The notes beneath the pieces were generated by a model. It saw nothing but the letters and a program-made list of their open reading frames with translations. It did no database searches and was not told the origin of the DNA. A DNA stretch of 39,989 nucleotides from Puniceicoccales bacterium. Its GTDB lineage: Bacteria > Verrucomicrobiota > Verrucomicrobiia > Opitutales > LL51. Positions 16,450 through 24,989 of this stretch are shown in pieces. A program made the translations under genes and the position numbers. The stretch's first letter is position 1. Every line of letters starts with the position of its first letter. Location of the stretch: assembly GCA_031268005.1 (NCBI GenBank), contig JAIRYA010000025.1:1-39989 (forward strand). Direction: 5' to 3'.

Positions 16450-17124
16450 TTAGACAAAGCAACATTGTTTTTGGGTTTTTGAGTTGATCCTATAGAGTAT
16501 ATTTTGGATATGTGTGAGCAATTCTTCGCAGGTTTGGGCCGCATAAGTTTCGGGATAAATAATTCGCAGCTTGACCGTTATGGAAGAAAATGGTTTTGGT
16601 AGATAGAATTGATCCCAGGAACGAAAACGCCACGCGCTGTGAATTTTAATACCCCCAAGGATAATGGGGGTATTTGTTTCCTTTGCCAATGCGGCAATTC
16701 CCGGTTTGACGTTATATTTTGGGCCACGGGGACCATCCGGAGTAATCGCTATGGTGTGACCTTCGTTGAGAAGTCCCGTCATTTCCAGCAGTGCGGCCTT
16801 TCCTCCGCGCTTTGTTGATCCCCGTACCGCACAAATGCCCATATTTTTATAAATTTCCGTTAACCAAGCCCCGTCCCTGCTTGGACTAATTAGGCCATAC
16901 ATCTTTGTTCCCTGAAAATGGCGCTTGAATAGCTCCGAGGCTACGAATAAACGATTGTGCCAGAGTGCACAAATTTTGGGTGTTTTATGGTATTGTTTGA
17001 GCAAAGCTAAATCGCCCTCACTGATTTCAATGCGTAGAGTCTTCGTCCAAATTCTAATTAAAAAGGTTATAATTTTTGCAAAACATTGCTTCAATGGCGA
17101 TAACCAATTCACACTTAAACTCAT
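16450..17124 (-). CDS. DUF374 / lysophospholipid acyltransferase-like protein
   Basis: WHNRLF...LISPSRDGAWLTEI...GICAVRGSTKRGGKAAL...AITPDGPRGPKY..KPGIAALA is characteristic of DUF374 proteins, which are commonly linked to Kdo/LPS genes. Confidence 0.7.
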   Translation of the reverse strand: MSLSVNWLSPLKQCFAKIITFLIRIWTKTLRIEISEGDLALLKQYHKTPKICALWHNRLFVASELFKRHFQGTKMYGLISPSRDGAWLTEIYKNMGICAVRGSTKRGGKAALLEMTGLLNEGHTIAITPDGPRGPKYNVKPGIAALAKETNTPIILGGIKIHSAWRFRSWDQFYLPKPFSSITVKLRIIYPETYAAQTCEELLTHIQNILYRINSKTQKQCCFV

Positions 17125-17224
17125 GGAATGAAGAAAATAGATTTTTTGTATTTTTCAAATAAATTATCCTCCCATTGGAATGCAATTCCGCCGAAGTATG
17201 GCGTCTCTTTTTCTCTTCCTATCG

Positions 17225-17380
17225 CTTCTCCATGGAAAAACTTTCCTTGCTTCGCCAAAATCCAGCAAAATTTTGCTGGGTTTTGGCTGAAAAGAAGTCA
17301 AGGAGGCTATAGCCTCCTTGCGAAGTTTGAGGCGGAGCCTCGGGCAAACCTCCTTGCAGGGACCGGGCGAAGTCCTGCAA
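17225..17380 (+). repeat. Multi-hairpin interspersed repeat, module A copy 1
   Basis: ~92% identical by eye to 17581-17740. Hairpins: ggaaa/tttcc; gccaaaatccagcaaaa/ttttgctgggttttggc; aaggaggcta/tagcctcctt; gaggc-gga-gcctc; ttgcagg/cctgcaa. Confidence 0.8.
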
Positions 17381-17417
17381 ATCAAACGACGAAATCCTGG
17401 CAAAATCTGTTCCAAAG

Positions 17418-17525
17418 GCTGCGAGCCCTTAGGATCTCCGCCAGGAGACCCGTCTCCTGGCCCTTTTTTAAGCCAAATGGCTTTGCAATTTGCAAAGCCA
17501 TTTGGCAACAGTGTCTCTTTTTTTT
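17418..17525 (+). repeat. Interspersed palindromic repeat, module B copy
   Basis: ccaggagacccgtctcctgg (17441-17460) plus a T-run. Perfect 35-nt palindrome gccaaatggctttgcaatttgcaaagccatttggc (17472-17506) plus a T-run. Homologous to 11346-11475. Confidence 0.8.
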
Positions 17526-17580
17526 AGTCAAAGCCCTGCGGCGAAGCCGCGGGGTTGGAATTTTCCTCCTGCCAAAAATC

Positions 17581-17740
17581 TCTTCCCCATGGGAAAACTT
17601 TCCTTGCCTTGCCAAAATCTAGCAAAAATTTTGCTGGATTTTGGCTGAAAAGAGGCCAAGGAGGCTATAGCCTCCTTGCGAAGTTTGAGGCGGAGCCTCG
17701 GGCAAATCTCCTTGCAGGTGCAAAAAAGGAGTCCTGACAA
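17581..17740 (+). repeat. Multi-hairpin interspersed repeat, module A copy 2
   Basis: Direct repeat of 17225-17380 at 356-bp spacing, with the same five hairpins. Confidence 0.8.
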
Positions 17741-17751
17741 CCTTGAAAAAT

Positions 17752-18756
17752 TCATTCTTCTTCGCCGAGGCGCTTTCCCGGAATGAGATAATTCACCACG
17801 TAATCTCTTAGGGCATCCTCCAAAGGCGTCAATGATTTTTCATAGCCAATTCCGCGCAGCTTTTGAATATTAGCGCAGGTATAATATTGGTATCGGGTCC
17901 GCAAATTTTCAGGCATTTCGATGAATTGGACGTGCCACGGCTTGTCCAAGACTTCAAAAATTGGCCTCACCAAATCGAGCCACGTGCGCGCCTCCCCGGA
18001 ACCGATATTGTAGATCCCCGCCGTTTCACGGCCATTTATTTTTTCCGGAACGTTGCCGAGAAAAATCGTCATATCGACCGCATCTTTTACGTATAAAAAA
18101 TCGCGCCTCTGCCATCCATCGCCGCAGTCTTCGCGGTAACTTTTAAATAGCCTGACTTCGCCCTCCCCTCGAATCTGTTCATAGGCTCGCGCCACCATAC
18201 TGATCATGGGCCCTTTGTGGGCCTCGTTCGGTCCAAAAACATTGAAATATTTCATTCCATATAATTTCATTCCCCGGGATTGGGCGTAAATGTCAAATAG
18301 GTGCTTGGAATAGCCATACATATTGAGTGGACGTAAATTTTGCAGTGGCGCTTCGTCATCCATCCCCCGGGTGCCGTCACCGTAGGTCGCCGCCGAAGAG
18401 GCATAGACGAAACGCAGGGCGCAATTTTCAGCGTGGTGCGCCAAGTTTTTCGTAAATTCAAAATTGTTTTTCATTAAAAATCGCCCATCGGTTTCCATCG
18501 TATCCGCACAGGCCCCCAAATGAAAAATCGTCCGAATATCCTTCGCAAAATCACTTTTTAAGTAGGGCATTAAATCGTCCGCATCGACGTAATCGCTGAA
18601 ATGCAGTGGAACTAAATTTTTATAGCGGCCGTCATCGGATAGGCGATCGGAGACAATGATATCCCTAAAACCGAGACGATTTAGAGCCCAAACTAATGCA
18701 CTGCCGATCAATCCGGCGCCACCGGTAACTAAAATTTTTCCCTCTGAAATGCCCAT
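17752..18756 (-). CDS. hldD: ADP-L-glycero-D-manno-heptose 6-epimerase
   Basis: Collinear similarity to E. coli HldD/RfaD: ILVTGGAGLIGS, FHLGAC, YASSAATYG, LNMYGYSKHLFD, FNVFGPNEAHKG, RDFLYVKD. Start set to MGISEGKILVTGG (18756); the ORF track extends to 18822. Confidence 0.88.
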   Translation of the reverse strand: MGISEGKILVTGGAGLIGSALVWALNRLGFRDIIVSDRLSDDGRYKNLVPLHFSDYVDADDLMPYLKSDFAKDIRTIFHLGACADTMETDGRFLMKNNFEFTKNLAHHAENCALRFVYASSAATYGDGTRGMDDEAPLQNLRPLNMYGYSKHLFDIYAQSRGMKLYGMKYFNVFGPNEAHKGPMISMVARAYEQIRGEGEVRLFKSYREDCGDGWQRRDFLYVKDAVDMTIFLGNVPEKINGRETAGIYNIGSGEARTWLDLVRPIFEVLDKPWHVQFIEMPENLRTRYQYYTCANIQKLRGIGYEKSLTPLEDALRDYVVNYLIPGKRLGEEE

Positions 18757-18815
18757 AACTTTATTAACTGTTTCCCCTAAAATAACCCTTTGAATCTTGG
18801 AATGAATTGATTTTT

Positions 18816-18896
18816 GGGGCAAAAGCGCGCGGAATTCCGCGCGGGACAGGGGATTTTATCCCCTGTTCTACAAGGCAAAGCCTTGGCTTTTGCCCC
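18816..18896. other. 81-nt perfect four-way-junction (cloverleaf-like) palindromic element
   Basis: Outer stem ggggcaaaag/cttttgcccc (10 bp) encloses three hairpins: cgcgcgg-aatt-ccgcgcg, acaggggat-ttt-atcccctgt and caagg-caaag-ccttg. Lies in the intergenic region between msbA and hldD. Confidence 0.65.
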
Positions 18897-18958
18897 AATA
18901 AACTCATGGAATGTACTAAATTCCGATGCATTTTTTGTGCAATAAATTTCCCCAATAC

Positions 18959-20719
18959 CTAGGACTCTATCACCTGTTGTTTTTCGTATAACCTGCGATA
19001 CAAACTATCGCCCTCCAATAAATTCCGGTGCGTTCCCCGTTCCACAATTTCGCCCCGGGAAAAAACCAACACTTCATCGACGATGGACATCATACTGAAG
19101 CGGTGTGAAATCATAATAATTGTCTTATCCTTCTTTAAATTTTTGATTGCCCGATAAATTGCCTGTTGGCTTTCCGAATCCAGCGCCGAAGTCGCCTCAT
19201 CGAAAATTAAAATGGGACAATCCCTTAGAAATACGCGAGCCAATGCGATGCGCTGCCGTTGTCCTCCGGAAAGGGAGTTTCCATTTTCGCCGATGAGTGT
19301 ATCATAGCCCTCCGCCATCTGTGAAATAAAATCATGGGCATAGGCTTTTTCAGCGGCCTCGATGACTTCTTCCCTCGATGCATCCGGCTTCCCCCAAATA
19401 ATATTCTTATATACCGTATCGTTAATGAGCGTCGGATCCTGTGGAACGTAGGCGATATTCCTCCGCAAATCGTGTTTTAGCATGGCGCGAATATCGATTT
19501 TATCGACGGTAATAGTTCCCCGATCGGGGTCAAAAAATCGCAAAATCATAGCCACGAATGTCGATTTTCCCGCACCGCTGCCTCCGACGAGTGCGTAAGT
19601 TTTTCCCCGTTGAATGCTTAGGTTTAGCTTTTTGAGCACATCCTTATTTTTGAGATAGGCAAAGGAAACATCCCTAAATTCGATATCCCCGCGAAGCCTA
19701 TCAACGGGGACCGGATTTTCGGGATCGTGTATTTTTTCCGGTTCACTGAGAATGACTTCGATGCGATCGACGGCCGCCATGCTACTTTGGATCTTATTAC
19801 TGAGATCACCCAGGCGCTTAATGGCATCGTAGCCGAAGTAAAGCGCCGTCGCCAATGCCATAAAAATTTCCAATTTTAAACCCTGCCTATAGGCATAAAA
19901 CATCGAAAAACCAACGCCAACCGCCGAAATGACCTCAATAATTGGGGAAACAATGAGCTGATATTTGATTACTTTTAGAAATGCGTCGGAAAATGCATGG
20001 CAAGCTTTCCGGTAATTTTTCGTTTCCTGCTCCTCTAAGCCGAAGGCACGCACCTCCCTAATGGCCGCCAAATTATGATTAAGTCTATCGATGATCTCCG
20101 CCGTCTGCCTTTGCATCTGCCCAGATTTTTGGCGCAGGCGCAGTCCAATTTTTCGAATGGGAAAAATAAAAACGGGTAAGGCGGAGAGGAAGAGAAATAA
20201 AATGACGAGATTCGATTCCTGGATGCAAAGATAAATCAAATAGCCGATTGCGCCCAAAAGGGCCATGGGCTGGGTGATGACATCGTGGGAAATGTCGACC
20301 AAATTGGTTTGGATAATCGTACTGGCATTGATGGAGCGGGAAATCAACTCCGCAGGCGGGCAATCATTAAAAAATCCCAGGTGTAGGCGTTGAATTTTTT
20401 GAAAAATCATCATGCGCAATTCTTCGACGATATGCTGTCCACATGCGGCGAAATAATAGGAGCTCAAAAATCCAGACACTCCTCGAATAAACATAACCAA
20501 CATGGGAAGTAGGGTCAAAATGGTTACCGTCACGCCATCGATTTCTTCGCCGCTAAACAGGATGCTCGAAGAATATTTGAGAATAACCGGGATGCCAAAC
20601 CCACTCGCCAGGCCGTGGATGATTCCCATGGAAATGGCGATGGCGACATCTTGTTTCGTTGTTTTGAGAAACCGAAAATAGCTGAATAGACTTCCGGCGC
20701 TCATTCTACACTCACGCAT
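18959..20719 (-). CDS. msbA: Lipid A export ABC transporter permease/ATPase, MsbA-like
   Basis: Six-TM exporter domain fused to an NBD. Walker A GGSGAGKST, signature LSGGQRQRIALARVF, Walker B ILIFDEATSALD. LPS gene neighbourhood. An alternative start Met lies at 20704. Confidence 0.8.
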   Translation of the reverse strand: MRECRMSAGSLFSYFRFLKTTKQDVAIAISMGIIHGLASGFGIPVILKYSSSILFSGEEIDGVTVTILTLLPMLVMFIRGVSGFLSSYYFAACGQHIVEELRMMIFQKIQRLHLGFFNDCPPAELISRSINASTIIQTNLVDISHDVITQPMALLGAIGYLIYLCIQESNLVILFLFLSALPVFIFPIRKIGLRLRQKSGQMQRQTAEIIDRLNHNLAAIREVRAFGLEEQETKNYRKACHAFSDAFLKVIKYQLIVSPIIEVISAVGVGFSMFYAYRQGLKLEIFMALATALYFGYDAIKRLGDLSNKIQSSMAAVDRIEVILSEPEKIHDPENPVPVDRLRGDIEFRDVSFAYLKNKDVLKKLNLSIQRGKTYALVGGSGAGKSTFVAMILRFFDPDRGTITVDKIDIRAMLKHDLRRNIAYVPQDPTLINDTVYKNIIWGKPDASREEVIEAAEKAYAHDFISQMAEGYDTLIGENGNSLSGGQRQRIALARVFLRDCPILIFDEATSALDSESQQAIYRAIKNLKKDKTIIMISHRFSMMSIVDEVLVFSRGEIVERGTHRNLLEGDSLYRRLYEKQQVIES

Positions 20720-20757
20720 GGAAATAAAACATGTATGATTTTATAAATCTTTAAATA

Positions 20758-21705
20758 CTAAATCTTTTCAATGCTCCAGCGGCGCATCAGTTCTGAAAAT
20801 TTAGACGATCCCACTAAATCTTTTATTCCCCGATTGATCGTCGATAGCCAGGGTGAATTTTTTTTCATTTGCACGGCGATCTCATTCCGATTGTCGCTAT
20901 CATTCGCCAATTTCAGTGACAGGAAGTCTAATTCCGGATATTTTGCTATCCAATCGCAGGCCGTATGGCTATTGGTCAGCAAAATATCGATAGGCTGAGA
21001 AGAATTTTTATTCGTTTTCAATAAACTTCCAAACAGCTCGCCATTGGATTTGAAGGCGACAATTTTCGTATTTTGAATATTGGCCTGGCGAATGTGCTGC
21101 TCGAAAAAGAAGCCCTCGATGAGGCCGATACTTTTTTCTTTCAGTGAAAATTTTTGAGAATTTTTTTGAGATTTTTTCAAAAAAACGGCGACAACATCGC
21201 TCTTCAAGTAGCCGTCGCTGTAATCAAAGAGCGGGTCGCTGCCATTTCTAAGGATACCCCCCAAGGCAATATCGATTCTATTTTCCCTAATATTTTCATC
21301 AATTTTAGTCACATCTATCGGGGAAATTTCAAGATCGATACCCTCTTCCTCCGACAGCAGTCGCAGGAGATCGACTTCGAATCCCACGGGCATTTCATTG
21401 CGTATGGCCGAGAAAGGTAAGTTATCGCTTACAATCCCAACCCTTAGAATTTTTTTAGATTTTGTCAGCGTAGCGGCTAGGGGAGCGATTTTCTGGGCTC
21501 CATCGATCCCCTCGGAGGGTGAATTTTCGGAACCTTCTCCGTAGGAAAACAAAAAATTTGCAATCCCCTTCATCATACCGATTTGCTTCTCCGTGATCGT
21601 TATGCCCTTGAAGCCCTCCCATTTTTCCGTTTTATCTCCCTCACTCGCAAATGCATTGATCGCAAAAAAACAAAGAAAAAATAATCCAATCCTCCCCACT
21701 TTCAT
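20758..21705 (-). CDS. Orphan amino-acid-binding SBP family 3 protein with an N-terminal extension
   Basis: Signal peptide MKVGRIGLFFLCFFAINAFA. Motifs LRVGIVSDNLPFSAIRNEMPVGFEVDLLRLL...RIDIALGGI are SBP_bac_3-like. Confidence 0.75.
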   Translation of the reverse strand: MKVGRIGLFFLCFFAINAFASEGDKTEKWEGFKGITITEKQIGMMKGIANFLFSYGEGSENSPSEGIDGAQKIAPLAATLTKSKKILRVGIVSDNLPFSAIRNEMPVGFEVDLLRLLSEEEGIDLEISPIDVTKIDENIRENRIDIALGGILRNGSDPLFDYSDGYLKSDVVAVFLKKSQKNSQKFSLKEKSIGLIEGFFFEQHIRQANIQNTKIVAFKSNGELFGSLLKTNKNSSQPIDILLTNSHTACDWIAKYPELDFLSLKLANDSDNRNEIAVQMKKNSPWLSTINRGIKDLVGSSKFSELMRRWSIEKI

Positions 21706-21821
21706 GGGGAAATTTGTAAGTTTTTCATGGCAAAGGTCAATGGATTTGATAAAAATAAGAACAACCGCCTCACATTTCAGTCGGCAACAACCTTTTAAAC
21801 TGCCTCTCCTGCCCTAATTTT

Positions 21822-22691
21822 TCAGGTTCGCACATAGGCGATTTCAGCCCATTGGCCCATTGTCTTCGTATTGGAAATACCGCAATCCCAGTAGCGTTCG
21901 ACCAATGGCATAAAGACATTTTTGACCGATTCAAGTTCCTCCACGAGAATCCCACTCAACGATAGAATGCCGTATTGTCTTATCGTATTGACGAGAATAG
22001 GGGCCTGGGAGATCAGCGTCGGAGCCAAAATATTAGCGACGATGAGATCCGCCTGTCGCCCTAAAATTCCCTCACTGATATCCGCCACCTTAAATTCTAT
22101 GGAATGAATTTCATTATTCCGTGCATTTTTTTCGCTGATTGCAATTGCATCGGGGTCCACGTCGAAACCGTACACGTTGCCGAACCCAAGTTTTGCCGCC
22201 CCCAGGGATAAAATTCCGGAACCGCAGCCCACATCGATTACTCTCCTCAGAAATACGGAATTTCTAAATAAATTCCAGTAGTCGACGATCCGCGCCAAAC
22301 ACAATTTTGTAGTCTCATGGGCTCCCGTCCCAAAAGCCATTTCCGCATCCAAATAAATTCCAAAATGTTTTTCGGGAATCCCGTAACTTTCCCTTTCCCA
22401 AACCGGGACGACGTGTAAAGGGCCGATATTAAAGGGAGTCAGAAATTTTTTATACTCATTTTTCCAATCGCAGTCCCGAAGGATGGAGCAAACTAATGTT
22501 TTCCCCGACAGCAGGGGAATTTGTTGCCGTAAACTTTCCCAAGATTTTTGAAAATCGTCCTCAAAATAGCCACACAATTGGCACCGATTATCTCCCTTTT
22601 CCAAAACCCAATGGATCTGTTCCGTTTCCCCAAGGGCAACTTCAACAACAGGCCATTCGTCGGGCAATAGGTCTAAAAAAACTTTATTCAT
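21822..22691 (-). CDS. prmA: Ribosomal protein L11 methyltransferase
   Basis: SAM motif VIDVGCGSGILSLGAAKLG and DVDPDAI, with PrmA-type N-terminal domain length. Start set to MNKVFLD (22691), an 8-nt overlap with the rpe stop; the ORF track extends to 22733. Confidence 0.85.
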   Translation of the reverse strand: MNKVFLDLLPDEWPVVEVALGETEQIHWVLEKGDNRCQLCGYFEDDFQKSWESLRQQIPLLSGKTLVCSILRDCDWKNEYKKFLTPFNIGPLHVVPVWERESYGIPEKHFGIYLDAEMAFGTGAHETTKLCLARIVDYWNLFRNSVFLRRVIDVGCGSGILSLGAAKLGFGNVYGFDVDPDAIAISEKNARNNEIHSIEFKVADISEGILGRQADLIVANILAPTLISQAPILVNTIRQYGILSLSGILVEELESVKNVFMPLVERYWDCGISNTKTMGQWAEIAYVRT

Positions 22692-23325
22692 ACTCCACTT
22701 GTTCCACAAATTTTCGAGGATCTTGTGCCGCAAAAAACGCCGTCCCCGCCGTCACAATATCGGCACCCCGTTGGATGCAAAGTTTTGCATTTTCCAAATT
22801 TATTCCGCCGTCGACTTCAATTTTCACCGCTCCATGACATCCGCGGAGCATTTCAATTTTTTCCAATGTATTTTCAATAAATTTCTGTCCACAAAGTCCC
22901 GGATTCACCCCCATAATTAACACCAAATCAACCGCATCGATGAGGGGAAAAACTTTCTCCACCGATGTTTCGGGATTAATCGCAATACCCGCCTGTTTTC
23001 CCATTTGTTTGATGTGGCGCAATGTTTTCTCCAGTGGGGCTTTGGATTCCAGGTGAATGGAAATCAGATCCGCTCCCTCCTTCGCGAATGACTCCACAAA
23101 ATATTCCGGATGGCTAAGCATCAAATGCACATCGAAGAAAAGATTTTTTTTGCCCGTTGCAAGTGCCCGAACCGTTTGCGAGCCAAATGCGAAATGGGGG
23201 ACAAAGTGGCCATCCATGGCATCGATGTGTAGCCAGCGCGCACCGCTTCTAATAACCCTATCCATACTCGCCTCCAAATTGGCGTGATTTCCGGCCAAAA
23301 TTGATGGCGCAATCGTAATTTTCAT
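22684..23325 (-). CDS. rpe: Ribulose-phosphate 3-epimerase
   Basis: IAPSILAGN, WLHIDAMDGHFVP, DVHLM, MGVNPGLCGQKF and VDGGIN are canonical Rpe motifs. Confidence 0.92.
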   Translation of the reverse strand: MKITIAPSILAGNHANLEASMDRVIRSGARWLHIDAMDGHFVPHFAFGSQTVRALATGKKNLFFDVHLMLSHPEYFVESFAKEGADLISIHLESKAPLEKTLRHIKQMGKQAGIAINPETSVEKVFPLIDAVDLVLIMGVNPGLCGQKFIENTLEKIEMLRGCHGAVKIEVDGGINLENAKLCIQRGADIVTAGTAFFAAQDPRKFVEQVEYE

Positions 23326-23335
23326 CGGAAATAAC

Positions 23336-23836
23336 TCACCAAATGTTCACCAATAGGGCACAAATTTTTCTCGCCAGACGCTCCATGAGTTGGGGAATAG
23401 CCTGATCTCGAAGGGAATGAAAATCTCTCCCCTTCAAAAGATCCACGGCCACTTCAACCCGTTGGCGCTCCAATAAGGATTTTCCACTCCTATCGACGAG
23501 CGTACATTCTGCAACGATGCGAAGGTTCACCGATAAAGCAATCGATGTGTCTTTGGGATCGTAGGCGGAATTTTTCTGGGAAAAATCGACAATTTCCACC
23601 CGCAAATGGGATTGGGCTTCCCCTTTGTGCGCTAGTTTTAATGGCGTACTCCGTTGAATTTTTTTGGTCAACTGTGCCGTGAGAGGGCCCGAAGCCTTTG
23701 GGCAAAGTGAACTATTTTTTACCGGCTCCACATAAATTGATTGCACCACATTTTGGGGAGAAATACCCGAATGATAGTGGGAACAACCGGAAAAAATTAG
23801 GCACAAAAGGAATAAAATGAATCCTGTTTTTCCCAT
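23336..23836 (-). CDS. Lipoprotein, possibly LptE-like
   Basis: Lipobox LIFSGC and a ~145-aa mature protein. The functional guess rests only on size, lipoprotein nature and adjacency to the bamD-like gene and LPS genes. Confidence 0.4.
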   Translation of the reverse strand: MGKTGFILFLLCLIFSGCSHYHSGISPQNVVQSIYVEPVKNSSLCPKASGPLTAQLTKKIQRSTPLKLAHKGEAQSHLRVEIVDFSQKNSAYDPKDTSIALSVNLRIVAECTLVDRSGKSLLERQRVEVAVDLLKGRDFHSLRDQAIPQLMERLARKICALLVNIW

Positions 23837-23844
23837 TTTTACCG

Positions 23845-24945
23845 CTACCCCAAAATGCTCTCCCCTTCGGCCAAGTCGATTTTATCCACAAAATTGTTGA
23901 AATCATCCCCGCCAGTAACACCCTCTGGCTCATCCTCCTTCGGTTTATAGGATGCAAAAAGAAAATCAACGGGTGTCGATTTTGGCCTAATCCCATTGAG
24001 GATCCCCTGAATTTTTTCCTCCGCTACCTTCGCTCCGGATGTGTGGGGTGCAAAATCAATGGCCGAACGGTATAACATTTTTGCGGCTTTTCCATTGTAG
24101 CGCGTATTAAAATAGAAATCACCCAAAGCAATCTCTGACCGCACGACGGATTCTTCCAATTCCCTTATTTTTTGGTTAACAAAATTAATCTCCACGTGTC
24201 CGGGAAATAGTGAACAAAATTCATTGTAATAGCGCAGCGCCGTAACCGCTCCACCCTGATTATACTGGTCCCCTTTGACCAAACTGCTATAGATTTCTGC
24301 AATTTTCAAATAGACGGAGGGAACTTCCACCGAATCGGGATAGACATCGATTAACTGAGCCAAAGCCCCGATGGCCAGATGGTAATACTTCGCCCGAAGG
24401 TGCAAATTGGCAATTTCGATCAAAGCCTGGGGAGCATAGTAACTGTAGGGGGCATATTTCACCACGAGTTCATAATCCTTTACCGCAGAATCGTAGTCGC
24501 GTAGCCCGGGAATGGTTCCAAAATAGCGGGGTCGAACCCCCCCTTGCAATTTCTTTGCAATCCAAAAATAGTGTTCAATTGCATCGGGAAACCACACACT
24601 TTCCGGATAGCATTTTACTATTTTTGTGAACATCTTTATCGCCGCGGTAAATTGATGATTATTTTCATAGGTTAATCCGCGAAAATAGTAGGCCCAGGGG
24701 ACCACATCGCTCGTTTTATAATCCTTGCAAATTTTTTCGTACAATTTCAATGCCGTTTTCGAATCATTCTGCGCTTCAGCGTTTTCTATCCTTAAAATGA
24801 GATCCTCCAGGGGAAGCCTTTCCTTCCCTAGAAATTTCGATTTTTCCCTATGCCTTCTCAGCGCCAACGAATGGGCCCCCAAAGGGCAGGAAAGTATGGC
24901 ACCCATAATTAGGGAAATAACCGGTAAATATAATCCATGGAACAT
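23845..24945 (-). CDS. bamD: TPR-repeat outer-membrane assembly lipoprotein, BamD/YfiO-like
   Basis: Start set to MFHGLYLPVISLIMGAILSC (24945), which avoids overlap with fabH. Lipobox-like ILSC. Repeated TPR-like Y-x-x-A/YP-x-S segments (CYPESVWFPDAIEHYF, YAPYSYYAPQALIEIA, VYPDSVEVPSVYLKIA). Confidence 0.6.
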   Translation of the reverse strand: MFHGLYLPVISLIMGAILSCPLGAHSLALRRHREKSKFLGKERLPLEDLILRIENAEAQNDSKTALKLYEKICKDYKTSDVVPWAYYFRGLTYENNHQFTAAIKMFTKIVKCYPESVWFPDAIEHYFWIAKKLQGGVRPRYFGTIPGLRDYDSAVKDYELVVKYAPYSYYAPQALIEIANLHLRAKYYHLAIGALAQLIDVYPDSVEVPSVYLKIAEIYSSLVKGDQYNQGGAVTALRYYNEFCSLFPGHVEINFVNQKIRELEESVVRSEIALGDFYFNTRYNGKAAKMLYRSAIDFAPHTSGAKVAEEKIQGILNGIRPKSTPVDFLFASYKPKEDEPEGVTGGDDFNNFVDKIDLAEGESILG

Positions 24946-24989
24946 ATGCGAAAATAAACAAACCTTTTGGCTTTGGGCAACAAAAATTT

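Noticed and set aside
17225-17740. Possible CRISPR array (direct repeats separated by unique sequence)
   Set aside because: There are only two repeat copies, each ~155 bp and internally multi-hairpinned, with a 356-bp period. There are no 24-48-bp repeats with regular 25-50-bp spacers and no cas genes in the window.
17128-17755. Cluster of overlapping ORFs on both strands (164, 114, 77, 75, 69, 60 aa) in the DUF374-hldD spacer
   Set aside because: They coincide with the palindromic repeat modules and overlap one another in several frames. Their products are low-complexity mirror images (e.g. FEAEPRANLLAG repeated). Stop-codon depletion is explained by the GC-richer palindromes, so they are not treated as genes.
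18816-18896. tRNA or tRNA-like gene suggested by the cloverleaf shape
   Set aside because: Stem lengths (10/7/9/5 bp) and near-absent linkers do not fit tRNA geometry (7/4/5/5). There is no T-loop GTTCRANYC or D-loop consensus, and no anticodon-loop architecture.
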